From NCBI GenBank assembly GCA_048213135.1, contig PS015113.1, forward strand, positions 1-64,000: DNA of 64,000 nt, read 5' to 3'. Below, one piece after another: positions 35,411 to 53,331 of the stretch (the stretch's first letter is position 1; each line of letters starts with the position of its first letter). Below the pieces are notes generated by a model. The model did not search any database. It saw only the letters and a program-made list of their open reading frames with translations, and was not told where the DNA came from. The position numbers and the translations under genes are program-made. This DNA comes from Reclinomonas americana ATCC 50394. Lineage: Eukaryota.

Positions 35411-37551
35411 TCAGTGGTGGCCGAGCGCGGCGCGCAGCTTGTCGGTGATGACGCGCACGAATGCGGCGTACTCGGCGGCCTGCGAGAATTGAATGAGGAT
35501 TGCTTTGCAACGGAGGTGGTGATGAGATGTGCTCGTACCTCCACTGTGCGCGTCCACAGATCGGTGAGCTCGAACAGCGATTGCTTCAGCGCCGGTCGGC
35601 TCAGTCGCTCCTGGCCGCCAGTGTCGTGCACCCAGTCGGCCTGAGGAGAAGGGAGAGAGAGGGGGGAGGGTTGGGAGGGGATAGAGAGGGAGAAGATGGG
35701 AGGAAAGGGGGTGGATCAAGGAAGACATGGCATGAGAGTGAGAAAGACAAGCGAAAGAGGAGGAGCGGAGAGACACAAAGATGCAGTCAATAGACAGGCA
35801 AGCAGACAAACAACGAAAGATACAGAGAGAAAGCGAAAGAAAGAGAACAAGAGCGAGAAAGAGAGTGACAGAGAAAGACATACAGAGAGACATTGAAGCA
35901 GACAGACAGGCAATTATACAAAGAGAGAAACAGAGCGCAAGAGGAAGAGAGCTGCAGACAGTAACGCAAGGAAGTAATGGCAAGTAAGCAGAGAGAGAGA
36001 CTCAAGGGAAAAGGACAGACAAACTAGCCAGAGAGACAGGCAACTCACGGACAAGGCCTCTCGTTATCTACCTTCCCTTCAACCGCCCTTGCGCACACCA
36101 ACCCACCTTCAACTCCTCACTGACTTCATCCGCCGGCATGCTCCGCGGATTGAGGAGACGCATGATAACCACGTACTTTTCCCGATACTCCTCAAACTCC
36201 ACAAAGCCGTCCTCGTCGCAGCGATACAGGGCCACCAGCTGTCAGGGGTTGAGCGCTTATAACACGAAGAATGTGAACCTGCGGAGCAAACCTGATCAAT
36301 GGCCATGTTCACGCCTGCAGCACAGATGGCAGTGAGACAACGAGCAGCAGGTGTGTAACACGGGCGACATGAACACACCAGGATTGTGCCTGAGCTGCTC
36401 CCGCTTGGCCTTGTTCTCAGCCGTCTCCATCTCTGGGTCGGCGTCGTTCCTGCCAGAGAAAAGAGAGATGAGAAAGTGAGCAAATGGGAGACGGAGGAGG
36501 AAGGAGGACGACGACGACAACAACAGCAACAAACAGCAACATCACCAAGAAGAAGTAGAAAAGAAGGATGACGGTGAGGAGGAAAGAATCACTTCTGTTC
36601 TCAAGCCAAAGAACCCAAGAGCAACTCGACAAAGAAGAGAGGCCAGGAGTGCTGCATCTTCCTCCTTCTGACCCACACTGACATTAACATGCGACAGAGA
36701 AGGACATCGACAACAACACAAACAAGAAGCTGAAGAAAAACAACAGCAAAATAACAAGACGCACGAGATGAAAGACAACGCTTCGTGACTCACTCGCTGC
36801 ACCAGAGAAAGAAACGGAGCCCTCACTTGGAATGACGAAGAGTGCTGCGTCTTCCTCCTGCTACCCTACTGAGCGTGGCAGAAGGACATCGACAACAAGA
36901 ACAACAACAACAACAACAACAAAAGCTGAAGAAAAACAAGCTGTTCCCTTCTTCTCTCACCTCCCTTTCCCTCTTTCCCCTTCCCCTCTTTCCCCTTCCC
37001 CTCCTACCCCCTCCCCTCTTCCCCCCTTCCCCTCTTCCCCCCTTTCCCCTTTCACCCCTTTCCCCACTTACCGATACTTATAATCCCCACTATCACGATT
37101 CGGATCAAAAATCTCCTCCAACGCCTTGTGCGGATACTGCTGCGGCGCCACCACCGTCGACACCGTCGACGCCCCACCAGGACTCGGCACCGCCGTCACA
37201 AACGTCCCACTCTCCCTCGACGAGTACGCCCCCGACGCTCTCAGTTGCGCGCGCAATTCCGTACGACCAGCAGCCTTTGCTCACACACACACAAATCAGC
37301 ACACACACGCACAGAGACCACGCACACACGCTCATTACCTTGACACTCTTCTTCTTCTTTGCCTTCTTCGCCTTCTTCTTTGGCTGTGTCGCATCACTGG
37401 CCACGGGTGATTCAGCAGTCACTTGTGTGCTCGTCACTCCTTCTTCCTCTTCTTCCTCCTCTTCTTCCTCGTCTTCCTCCTCGTCTTCCTCCTCTTCGTC
37501 ATCATCATCGCCAGGCGTCTCTGCCTCGTACTCCTCCTCCGCGTCACTCAT
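35411..37551 (-). CDS. Hypothetical protein with acidic/basic N-terminus and EF-hand-like C-terminal region
   Basis: MSDAEEEYE..., poly-E and KKKAKK, then exons CDEDGFVEFEEYREKY, DWVHDTGGQERLSR..SLFELTDLWT and EYAAFV..GHH*. Confidence 0.65.
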
Positions 37552-37632
37552 CCTCGTTTCTTTGCTCACAAAAGGCGCGAAAACGGCTAGAAAATTTCCG
37601 GTCAATGTCCGATGCTGCTTCCCCACACAACG

Positions 37633-40600
37633 ATGTCGACTGGGCGGCGGCAGACAGCCGTGAGCGTCGACCTCTCCTCCCTGCACACGCGCACAGGCGG
37701 TGGCAGCGAGGTGCCCTCACCCGCCGCCTCTGTCCTCGTCAATCGTCGCGTGTCCGTTGCGCCTTCCTCTGCCTCCTCCTCGCCCGCCTCCTCGTCAAAG
37801 ATGGGCGCAGTGGCGGCCTTGTCGGCGACACGCACGGGGCGACGCGGATCGGTGATGCCGAGCTCATCATTGGGGTCGCCGTCGCCGCGTTCGGAATCAC
37901 CGGCCTCGTTGCTGTTTGCGGACGATGCCGAGGCTGCGGCCGCGTTTGAGATAGGCACGTCGCTGAACGCAGGTGGAGGCGCAACGTACATACACACCTC
38001 GTTGTTCAAGAAGCGCGAGGACCCGCGGTTGCGATTGCAGCGTGAGGTTCGGATTTGCGATTATAGCTGTATGTTGTTGAACCACCAACCTCTCACCTTC
38101 TTGTTGCAGTGGTCGGGCAAGTTGACGAGTGCGTTGGCGGCGCTGTCGATGGGCCAGTTTGCGCTTGCCGAGCAGAGAGCGTCGTTGTTTCTCGGGCAGC
38201 TGGAGGATTCGTACTATGCAGAGGCGCTGCGCGATCCGCAGTTCCGAGGTCGGTTCGCCACGCGACTCAAGGCCGTGCAGGCCAAGAGCCATGAGGTGCG
38301 CTCTTCTTCCTCCTCTCTGCGTGTACTCCAGCTCCCCGTGCTGAAGCGCTTGTTGCGTGGCAGGGTCAGGGAAGGCTGGCCGAGGCCGAGATCATGCACC
38401 AGCTCACCGTGCGAGAGTTTCGCGAGTTGCTTGGCGACGCGGATCCACTGACGCTGACGGCACGACATGCGCTGGCCTCGGTGCACAGTGTTGCGTATCT
38501 GTGTCTCTCTCTCCTGTCTCCCGGTGGTGCGCTGAGTGGCGGTCGCGCGCAGGCCATGGGCGACAATGGGCGGGCGCTGACGGAGCTGGGCGCGCTGCGG
38601 GCGGAGCTGGCGGATCACGTGGCGACTCACATGAACCCGAATTCGGTGCAGGAGGTGTCGGAGTTGTTGGTGATGGTGTTGGTGCGTGTGAGTCGTTTGT
38701 GCGTGAGACGGAGGTGGGTGGTTCGCTCATTTGCTGTGGGTGCAGTCTGACGCGGCCTCGATTTTGAGTGACCTGAGTGAGGTTTGTGTGTCGCTCTGTC
38801 TTCTTCTCGACTTGCCACTCACTGCGTTGTCGTTGTTGAAGCTCGCCGACGCCGTCATCTTGCAGCGTGAGGTACCCACTGTCACACTCACAGCACCAAC
38901 CGTGTCGCAGCTCTCATCATTTTCCTCGTCACGCAGTGCTACGACCTCGCGGAACAGACCTTTGGTGCCGCCGATGTGCGCACTCTCCGCGCCAAGGTGC
39001 GACTGGCCGACCGACTAGGGCAGGCGTTTGCCGAGCATCGCGATGAGCAGTTGAGGCGAGAGGCGCAACGGTTTGTCAACGACGCGCTGCGCATGTACAG
39101 CATCCTGCTGGGTGTCGACCACATCAACCCCGACATTATCTATGGTGAGTGCCGTCTTGTTCTCAGCGTCGCAAGCCTCTCCGTTCCTCAGGTCGTTTGG
39201 GGGCTTTTCTCGTTCTCCTTTCGATCCAGCTTTTTTTTTCACTCGCGGCTTCTCTCTGCTCACTTGTGCCCTCTCCCTCTCGCTCTCGCCCTCTCTGTGC
39301 TCTGCATGTCACTCTCCTTCTCACTGCTCTTCCTCACGCTCTCCCCCCTCTTGCTCTCCCCCACTCGCTCCCCTGTCGCTCTCGTCCATTCCCCCATTCT
39401 CTGTTGCTTTCCCTTCTCACTGCTCCTCTCTCGCTCTCCTCTCTCTTTCCTCTCTCTCCTCTCTGCCCCCTCACTCTCCCCTTTCACTCACACACCACTC
39501 GTACCCCTTTCCCTCTCGCCCCCTCTCGCCTTCCTCTTGCTTTTGTGCTCTCGCTCTCCCATTCTTCCCTTTCTCCCCCTCTCCCGCTCCCCTTCTTCCC
39601 TTTCTCCCCTCTCCCTATTGCTTTCTCCCTTTTCCCTCGCTCTCCCCCATCGCTTCCCCCATCGCTTCCCCCATCGCTTCCCCCTTCGCTTCCCCCATCG
39701 CTTNNNNNNNNNNNNNNNNNNNNNNNNNNNNNNNNNNNNNNNNNNNNNNNNNNNNNNNNNNNNNNNNNNNNNNNNNNNNNNNNNNNNNNNNNNNNNNNNN
39801 NNNNNNNNNNNNNNNNNNNNNNNNNNNNNNNNNNNNNNNNNNNNNNNNNNNNNNNNNNNNNNNNNNNNNNNNNNNNNNNNNNNNNNNNNNNNNNNNNNNN
39901 NNNNNNNNNNNNNNNNNNNNNNNNNNNNNNNNNNNNNNNNNNNNNNNNNNNNNNNNNNNNNNNNNNNNNNNNNNNNNNNNNNNNNNNNNNNNNNNNNNNN
40001 NNNNNNNNNNNNNNNNNNNNNTCTCCCCTTCCATTCCCCCATCGCTTCCCCCCATCGCTTCCCCCATCGCTTCCCCCATCGCTTCCCCCATCGCTTCCCC
40101 CATCGCTTCCCCCTTCGCTTCCCCCTTCGCCTCCCCCTTCGCTTCCCCCTTCGCTTCCCCCTTCGCTTCCCCCTTCTCTTCCCCCATCGCTTTCCCCTTT
40201 CCCTTCTCCTCCTCCTCCCTTCCCCCTTTCCCTTCTCACCCTTCCCTTCCCCTTCTCTCTTCCCCTTCTGCAGCCCACGAAGTACGCGGCCAAGTACTAC
40301 CCGTGGGCGAAGACCAACTGGAGGCCCGCCGTGACGCACTCGTCTGCACCTCGATCTTCTACGGCGAAGAGTCACCACTGATGGTGTTCCAGTGCCGCCT
40401 GCTGTGCGACACCCTGATCGGCATGGGAGGCGACGAGCGGCTGCTGGAGGCGGAGAAGATCCTGTTGGCCGCCATTGAGAGCGTGGACCACTTGCTCGGC
40501 ACCTTTCATCGCGAGGCGTGCTACCTGCGCCAGCGACTCGGCATTGTGCAGGCGGTGAGTGGCGTTGATGATTCTCTCTCTCCCCGCTTCTCTCCCTCTC

Positions 40601-42289
40601 TCTCTCTCACGCCCTTGGTGGACGCAGTACTGCGGGCACGGAGCCATTGGTAGGAAAACGCTGCGCGACGCGCTCGCCTCACAGGCACTGCACAATGACG
40701 CACCACCCACCACCACCATTCACGTACTCGCTCCGCTGGTGGACATTGATGCGGAGCAGCGCCTGGCCGACATACCTGAGGAGTTGGAGGCACTGCAGCT
40801 CTTGTGGGATTCGCCGAACGACCCACTGGCGGCGCCCATGGAGGACGGTCTCATCCGCGCACTACAGCTCACCGCTAAATTCGACCGCGCAGCAGAACTG
40901 CTCGAGGATGTGGTTCCGCGGCGCATGGCACAGTTGACCAAGGGCGACATTCGTGTGCTGAATGCGAGAACCCTCGCTGGCATCAATTTGTACCTGCAGG
41001 TGAGCTCCCCCCTCTCTCGCTATCCGTGCTCCTTCCTCGTTAACTCACTGCCTCGGTGCGCGCGCACAGAATCGCAAGCGTGAGGCGCAAGTGGAGTTGC
41101 AGGGCGTGCTGGATTTGCTCGATGAGACGGAGGTGCCTGACATGGTGGATCCCCCACGTGAGTGTGTGTGCACGCGTTACCGCGCTGTCTTATTTGCCAC
41201 TGAATGCTCGCTGTAGAGTTGCCCTGGTCGCTGCCGTTCACGGTGCGGTACTATTTGGCCTTGTCGCTGCTGTTTGTTGATCCGGCGGCCGAGCCCGACG
41301 TGACGCGCATCATTACACTGCTGACTGACGCAGTCGAGTATGCCGCTCGCGGCTACTCCTCGTTTGTTCCACGCGTCCGCGATGCGCATGTGCTGCTGGA
41401 GGCTGTCCGACAGTTTGGTGTTCGTCTGGCGCGCAGCTTGCGGGATCCGTCTGTGCTCTACGAGGTGCGATCGCGATTGTTGTTGGTGAGATTGTCGAGC
41501 GACCGCTGATGTTCTTGCAGATGCTCCCCGATCGACTGCTGGACTTTACGTTTGATGAGGTCGGCCTGTTGTCGTCGTGGGCGCGTGAAGCGCGCTTGCG
41601 TGATGATTTTGAAACGGCGGCGGAGCGGTTCGAGATGGTTCGTGGAGGATCGTGTGCAGCTCCTGGAGCCTCGTGCTCACCAACAAGTGTGAACAGGCTG
41701 TGCAACTATTGACGCGGAACTTTGGACTGCCGCCCGACGGTGCCGCTAAGACATCAGAATTCAACGCAGACGAAGGTTTGCCTGTTGGTGACATGCTTGT
41801 CGGCATCATCGCCATCTCATCTCCTGGTCGGCGCACAGGAGCCAAGGATTTGATTCTTGCACACGAGGACGAGTTCATCAAGAAGCACGCCGATGTGTGC
41901 GTATCGCTCCCCTCTCCCTCCCACAGTGCTACCTCTCACCAACGTGTTTGTCGAACGCTCGCCAGATATTATGAAGTGCAAGTGGCTCTGGCCGGTGTGC
42001 TGTTGCGCTTGCATCGAGTGGCGGAGGCGCAGCATCCCATTGACGAAGCCTGCCGTGTGCGGCCCACGGACTTGAAGGTGCGAATGCACGCACTCACAGC
42101 TTCCCCGATGTGTCTGACTTGTCGTGTCGTGTGCTTCAGACGTTTCACCGAAAACTGGAAGTCACGGTCGCACGTGGCGAGATCGATGAAGCGCACCACA
42201 TGTGCGACACGTACCACGCTGACGAAGTGCAGCCGTTCTTGCAGTTGCGTGACCAATCTTCGTCTTCCTCTTCCACCGCAGTCGCGTAA
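37633..42289 (+). CDS. Large helical-repeat (TPR-like) hypothetical protein
   Basis: Multi-exon in-frame model with TPR-like segments (KAGRGRD region frame AEIMHQLTVREFRELLGDADPLTL; LEAEKILLAAIESVDHLLGTFH; FDRAAELLEDV); stop TAA at 42287-42289. Confidence 0.65.
39645..40190 (+). repeat. Intronic 12-bp minisatellite CCCCC(A/T)TCGCTT, gapped
   Basis: Tandem copies on both sides of the N-run; the same unit occurs at 33233-33340. Confidence 0.9.
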
Positions 42290-42404
42290 CCCTTCCTGCT
42301 TCCCACAGAAAAGCACTGGCACGACTGGAACGCGCACGCAACCGGAAGCTGGCCGAAGATGCACGCTTGGCGGCCGAGGAGGCTCGCCGCAAGTGGCTCG
42401 CCCA

Positions 42405-43010
42405 GCTCGATGGTTTCGACTCACAGCAGAAGCAGGAGGCAGCGCCGTCATGATTCAGTACACCTCAACATTAATCTGGCACTCACCACAGACCACTTGC
42501 GAGTCTATCCTTCTCCTTTCCAGCTTGCCCATGGCCAGCTCGATGGTTTCGACTCACATCGGAAGCAGGCAGCTCCATCATGATCCAGCTCACCGCCGCT
42601 GTAATGTCACTCACTGACCACTTGTCTCGCCAAGCGCGATGGTTTCTACTCTCAGCAGCAGCAACAGCAGGAGGCAAAGTCGTCAAGATTCAGCAGTTCT
42701 CTCTATTTATCAGTCACTCACCGCCGACCACTTGCGCATCCATCCTTCTCCTTAAGCTTACCAGGTCGCACGGCTTGATGGTTCGATTCTCAGCGCCTGA
42801 CCACTTGTCTCGCCAAGCTCGATGGTTCTACTCTCAGCAGCAGCAGGAGGAGGCAGCTCTATCGTGATCCAGCACACCGCACCAGTGATCTGTCACTCAC
42901 CACTGATCACTAGTGCATCCATCCTTCTCCTTACTTGGCAAAACACCACCACTGTAATCTGCCGCTGACCGCTTGCGCATCCATCAGTCTCCTGACCAGC
43001 TCGCAGCAGG
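42405..43010. repeat. Degenerate intergenic tandem repeat, about 4-5 units of ~100-180 bp
   Basis: Recurring cgatggttt(c)gactc..cagcag..aggaggc..tcatgatccag..cactcacc..gaccacttg..atccttctcctt. Confidence 0.7.
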
Positions 43011-43118
43011 AGTAAGCAACTTTATCGTGATACCGCTGTCTTGTGCAACATCCTTCCCCTTCCCATGGTGCAAACACACACTCCACCTATCCTTGTACTT
43101 TTTCAATCTCCACATGTG

Positions 43119-48185
<5,067 letters not shown>

Positions 48186-48429
48186 CTGCGACACGTGTGT
48201 GTGTGCGCGTGAAAGTGTGATCAGCCATCTCGCGCGCGTGCCACACAAAAAGCATCTCGTTTTGACGCGCGCGCATGCATGCACACGTGGTACGACACAA
48301 CGCAGAAGAGAGAGCACCATGAGCACGAACCTTTTGCCCCACGCGCGCACGGGCCGAGTTGAAGCAAGTGCGATGGAGCGCCAGTGGACGGAATTCAGCG
48401 GTTGTGTGGTGTGCCTAAGAGTGACTTTG

Positions 48430-50354
48430 ATGGCGACTTGGGGCGAGTTCGCTCGCTGGGCCAAGTCGTCGCTCATTGACGACTACTTCCGCGTGATAGA
48501 GTTACGCGCTTGAACTGTGTGTGTGTGTGACAGAAAAAGTCGCTCACTTTTTGTCACAGTGTGGCAAGTGAGCGACGCGAGGTGGAAGTGCACAGCGCAG
48601 TGCTCATTCAGCGCGTGTTCCGCGGCTACAAGACACGCCAGCGACTTGCGCGTTTGCTGGCCTCCACACTGCTCATTCAACGCGCCTATCGCGGGCACCT
48701 CGGTCGCCGACGAGTGCGTCGTTTGCGCAAGCAGGCGCACGAGCAGCGGCAGCGCGTGTTCTTTGCGCACGCGGCGAAGCAGATTCAGAAGCTCGTGCGT
48801 GGCGTCATTGTGCGCAAGTATGTGTGCGACTATTACGCGCGACGGAGGGCGATTGTGGAGGCAACGGAGAGGGCGCAGGCGGTCAAGGCCGAGGCGGAGG
48901 TGTATGCGAGTACGGTGCGGCAGCAGCTGCAAAAGACGGAGTTGGAGCAGCTGTCGTCGGCGTTTGCGTCGGCCACGGGTGCGCTGCATCATTTGATTAG
49001 TACGGTGGCGCAGCCGGGTGTCTACAGTGCGGCGACGGGGTTGACGCAGCCGGAGGCGTTTGGTGAGCCTGTGGAGGATCACTTGAGGAGATCGTTAGTG
49101 GGGAAGCTCGTTGCGTAAGGATGAAGGGTGATGGGCGAGGGTGGAAGGGGAGATTTATTTCGAATCGAGTCTTTGTTCTCTCGTCTTCTTTCGCTTCTCT
49201 TCCTCTACTCCCTCCCGTGTCGACTCCTCGTTCTCGTTTTCGTTGCTCACTTCTCTCTTCTTTTCTCGCATCGCTTTTGATATCCACTCCTCCCCACTTC
49301 TCTCTTTTCCTTTCGCCTCTCCTGCTCACTTCTCGTCTTCTTTCGCTTCTCCTCCTCCACTCCTTCCCGTATCGTCTCCTCCGTCGCATTTGCGTCGCTC
49401 ACCTCTCCCTTCTTTTCTCACTTCGCTTTTGCTCTTCAGTCCTCTTCGATTCTCCCCTTCCCTGTACGAGCCTCTCCTGTTTCCCCTCTCCTCCTCCTCT
49501 GCTTCTCATATCTACTGTCTTCATAACATCGCTGCCATCCATTGCTTCCGCTTCTATTCCTTCTTTCATTGACGTCACCTCCCCTTCTCCCCCCTTCTCT
49601 CCTTTCCCTATTCCTCCACCTCCCTTCTCCCTTCTCCCTTCTCCCTTCTCCCTTCTCCCTCTCCTCTCCTCTCTTCCCCTTTTCCCCCTTCCCCCTTCCC
49701 TCTTTACCCCTCTTCTCACCCCTCCCTTCCCCCCTTTTCAGAGACGAACAAAACGACCCCTCCCGGCCTCCGCTCTGGCCGCCTCCTCCGCGTCAGCTGC
49801 ACAGGGTACTGCAGGTGGCACAGGCACACTAACAGCGCCGGTGAATCCACCCTCGCCAATGGTGGTGAGTGCGAATCCGGCGGCCGATGTGATGCTGCTG
49901 AATCCCCAGGAGCGTCGAAAGCGCGCCATGGGACCCTTCAAGCCGGCCTTTATGGTGGAGTCGATGAAATCGCGCGCCCTCAACCTCACCCTCCAAGCCA
50001 GCACGCCGTACGCCATTGTCGACGAGGCACTGCGCGACGAGCGGCACGTGGAGAACAAGTACCTGCAACACATACAAGCCGTGCCGTTCCAGCAGGTGCG
50101 CAAGCCCGAACCGCTGCTTCACGAGCGTGGTGCCATTCTCCCGGAACCATTCGTCGGCGCTCAACGAGATCGTGGCGACAAGCCAAAACTATTGGTTCGT
50201 TGTGTGATTTTTGATGGTCGTGGTCATGCATGAGAGAAAACGGCGTATTTACAGTTTCTTCTATCAGCCGTTCTTGACAACAGTCAAGACGCACGTGATG
50301 TTCGACGGCGTACCGGAGCTGCGCAAGAGCCCACCTGCAGCTCCAGGGCGATGA
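48430..50354 (+). CDS. SPATA17: Spermatogenesis-associated 17 (IQ-motif flagellar protein)
   Basis: MAT..DYFR, three IQ motifs (IQRVFRGY, IQRAYRGHLGR, IQKLVRG..VRKYVCDYY), LHHLISTVAQPGVY and later GPFKP; the 3' end is approximate. Confidence 0.82.
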
Positions 50355-50689
50355 TGATGACGATTGTTAATAGTATTTTTGTGTGTGTGACATGAATGGA
50401 AGTGATATCAGCAGTATCCGAGGACCAAGTCGTGTTTTTGTGTGTGTGTCTCTGGTCTTGACTTGCCCCCTGGTGCTCTCGTGTTCGTGAGAGAGGTTGG
50501 CGAAGAGAGAGGGCGAAGAGGGACTCATCGCAGATATCATGCTCGCGGTCAATTGACGCGCGAGCAGATATCTGAACAGCAAGAGAAAGTGTGTGTGTGC
50601 GTGGCCACGCGCAAAAACGCGGCTCGGTTGATAGCGCCCCCCACACACACAACAACAAGGAAAGAGGGGCAAAAGGATCACAACAAAAC

Positions 50690-51824
50690 ATGGGCAACTG
50701 CTCGTGCTGCCTGCGGGCAAGAGATGATGGTCAACACACTCATAGTTTCATTGTCTCTCTGTGCTGTGCCACTCACACACTCCTGTGTGCGTGCACAGAC
50801 TCACCCAGGCATCATCGACGACCACCCTCTCCCTCCTCCGCCGCCTCGTCATTAGCCGAGCGCGCGCCCATGCTTCTCTCGACACACACTGTCGACGCGC
50901 TGTTTGACACGGGCGCACTCGGCGACGACGAGGACGACGTGGAAGACGACGAGGAGGAGGACGAGCTGCGTGTCGCGCGGCGAGCACGACGCACACGCGC
51001 GCGACGAAGACTGCTTCTTCTCCAGGAAGCAGGCGACCGTCAGCAGGCTGAGCACGAGGAGGAGGATGTGGAATCCTCGTCTGCGTCGATCATGCTGGCT
51101 GCCTCTTCGTCTCCAGACGCGCTCAGCGACAGCAGCAGTGGTGGTGGTTGCAACATGAGCAGCAGTGACGATGATGAGCCGCGACGCTCAGTGGTCTCGC
51201 GCTCGCCAGAGATTGTGCCGCCACTGCCACTGGCCTCGTTGCATGCAGAGGCCGCCAGGAGACAACAACAACAGAAGGTGGCGCCAGTGCATGAGGAAGA
51301 GGAGGAGGAGGCGGCGGTGGCCAAGGCGCGGCAAGACCTCTCGTGGGACTTGTATGATGTGGTCGACGACATTAGCGAGTATCAGCTGTCGGCGGCGCAG
51401 TTGCGCTGTCTGGCGGCGTTGTCGGTGAGCGCAAGAGGGAAGGAGAGAGAGCGTGTGTGCGTGTGTGTGCGTAGAGTCACATTTCCGTGTTTGCGCGCGA
51501 AAACTGAGCAGTCGCGTTTTCCGTTGCTCTCGCTCTCTCCTCTGCTGTGTCTTGCGCTGGCAGTCACTGCTCACAGTGGACACTGTCTCTTTCTGTGCGT
51601 GTGTGCGTCTGTTGCGTGTGTGATCACATCTGTGACCTGTTTCATTCCGCAACGGCTTCTTCTGTCATTCATTTTTCTCTCCATCGATGCTTGAAATCCA
51701 ACATCATGGCCATCGTCATTCCTTCGATATTTTCCTCTGACGATTCTGCACACAGAGGAACATGCAGGAGACGGAGTGGCGCGACGAGGAGTCGTACTTT
51801 TCGGCATTCGGCTCGTCGCTGTAA
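50690..51824 (+). CDS. Hypothetical low-complexity protein with N-terminal MGNCSCC acylation motif
   Basis: Three exons splice in phase (MGNCSCCLRARDD|DSPRHH...AALS|RNMQETEW..GSSL*). Confidence 0.6.
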
Positions 51825-52304
51825 TCTTGCTGCGGGTGTGCCATCCATGCCCGATCTTCTCTTGTCCTCTTTTGTGTTTTGTGTGTTTGTGCTCGGGTGA
51901 TGGGAGGGAAACCGACTGTGGATCGTTTCTCTGTGTGTGTGTGTGTGTGCGTGCACAGGTCGACGCCGGACGGAATCCACGACGATGACTGCCGGAGTGG
52001 CATAACATGTACCTCCTGGCCTGTGTGTTGTTCTTCCGAGCCCTTCTCCCTTCCCATCAAAGATCTCTCTCTTCCCCCTCTTCTCTCATTCTCCGTCTCC
52101 TGATCTCCAATGTAAACACTCTCTATGTCCCTGTCTTAACCCCCCCACACACGCAGTGTGTTTGTGTTTTTGCCGATTTCACTTTTTGACACACGAACCA
52201 CCACAAACGCAGACTTAACACGACTCAGCTTCCAAACCCTACACCGACGCAAAGAAGCACAGTGCAAGGANNNNNNNNNNNNNNNNNNNNNNNNNNNNNN
52301 NNNN

Positions 52305-52596
52305 CCGGTGGCGCCTGCTCATCCGTCTTTTGCCGCTTCCTCTCCGGCTGCTCATCCTCGCCCTCCTCCCGCCGCCGCCGATGATGATGATGACGATGTC
52401 GGCTGCTCTCATCACCACCATTCTCCTCACGATGTCGTCGACTGCTGCTGTGATGACGCTCACTTTTATGACGACGATGACGGTCGTCGTCTCTCTCCTC
52501 GCCTTCTTCTTCTTCACTGCTGCTGCGGCTGCCGTCGCGGCTTCTACTGCGCCGACGGTGGCGTTGCTCGCGGTCGCGGTGACGCCTGTCGCTCAT
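52305..52596 (-). CDS. RS/RD-rich N-terminal exon, probably of DDX46, on a mis-oriented contig
   Basis: MSDRRHRDREQRHRRRSRSRDGSRS... runs open into the gap at 52304. Confidence 0.65.
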
Positions 52597-53331
52597 TGTG
52601 CGCGAAAGTGTGTGTGCAAAAGAGACAATTGGTGGTGACGTCATTCGGTTTGTCACACTCTTACATTGTTGACACACACCAGACGCCATGGTCAGTAGCA
52701 CTTGGAGTGAAGGGTTTCTCTTGTTGTGTGTGTATGTGTGCGCGCGTGTGTGTGTGTGTTTGTGTCGTGCGACGTTGTGCTGTGTGTGGTGTGCGTGTGT
52801 GTGAGTGGTGGACGATGTGCATGTCGCGCACATGTGACGCCCATGTCGCGCACAGGCACGCCGCCTGCTGTGTGTGCGCAGAGAGAGCGGGGCAGCTGTG
52901 TGTTGACTGAGAGAGACTTTAGCACACACATGCACGTGTTTTCATGGTGCACTTTTGGCGTGAGAGAAACATGTCGCCTCTCTCTCCCCGCACTCGCTCA
53001 CTNNNNNNNNNNNNNNNNNNNNNNNNNNNNNNNNNNNNNNNNNNNNNNNNNNNNNNNNNNNNNNNNNNNNNNNNNNNNNNNNNNNNNNNNNNNNNNNNNN
53101 NNNNNNNNNNNNNNNNNNNNNNNNNNNNNNNNNNNNNNNNNNNNNNNNNNNNNNNNNNNNNNNNNNNNNNNNNNNNNNNNNNNNNNNNNNNNNNNNNNNN
53201 NNNNNNNNNNNNNNNNNNNNNNNNNNNNNNNNNNNNNNNNNNNNNNNNNNNNNNNNNNNNNNNNNNNNNNNNNNNNNNNNNNNNNNNNNNNNNNNNNNNN
53301 NNNNNNNNNNNNNNNNNNNNNNNNNNNNNNN

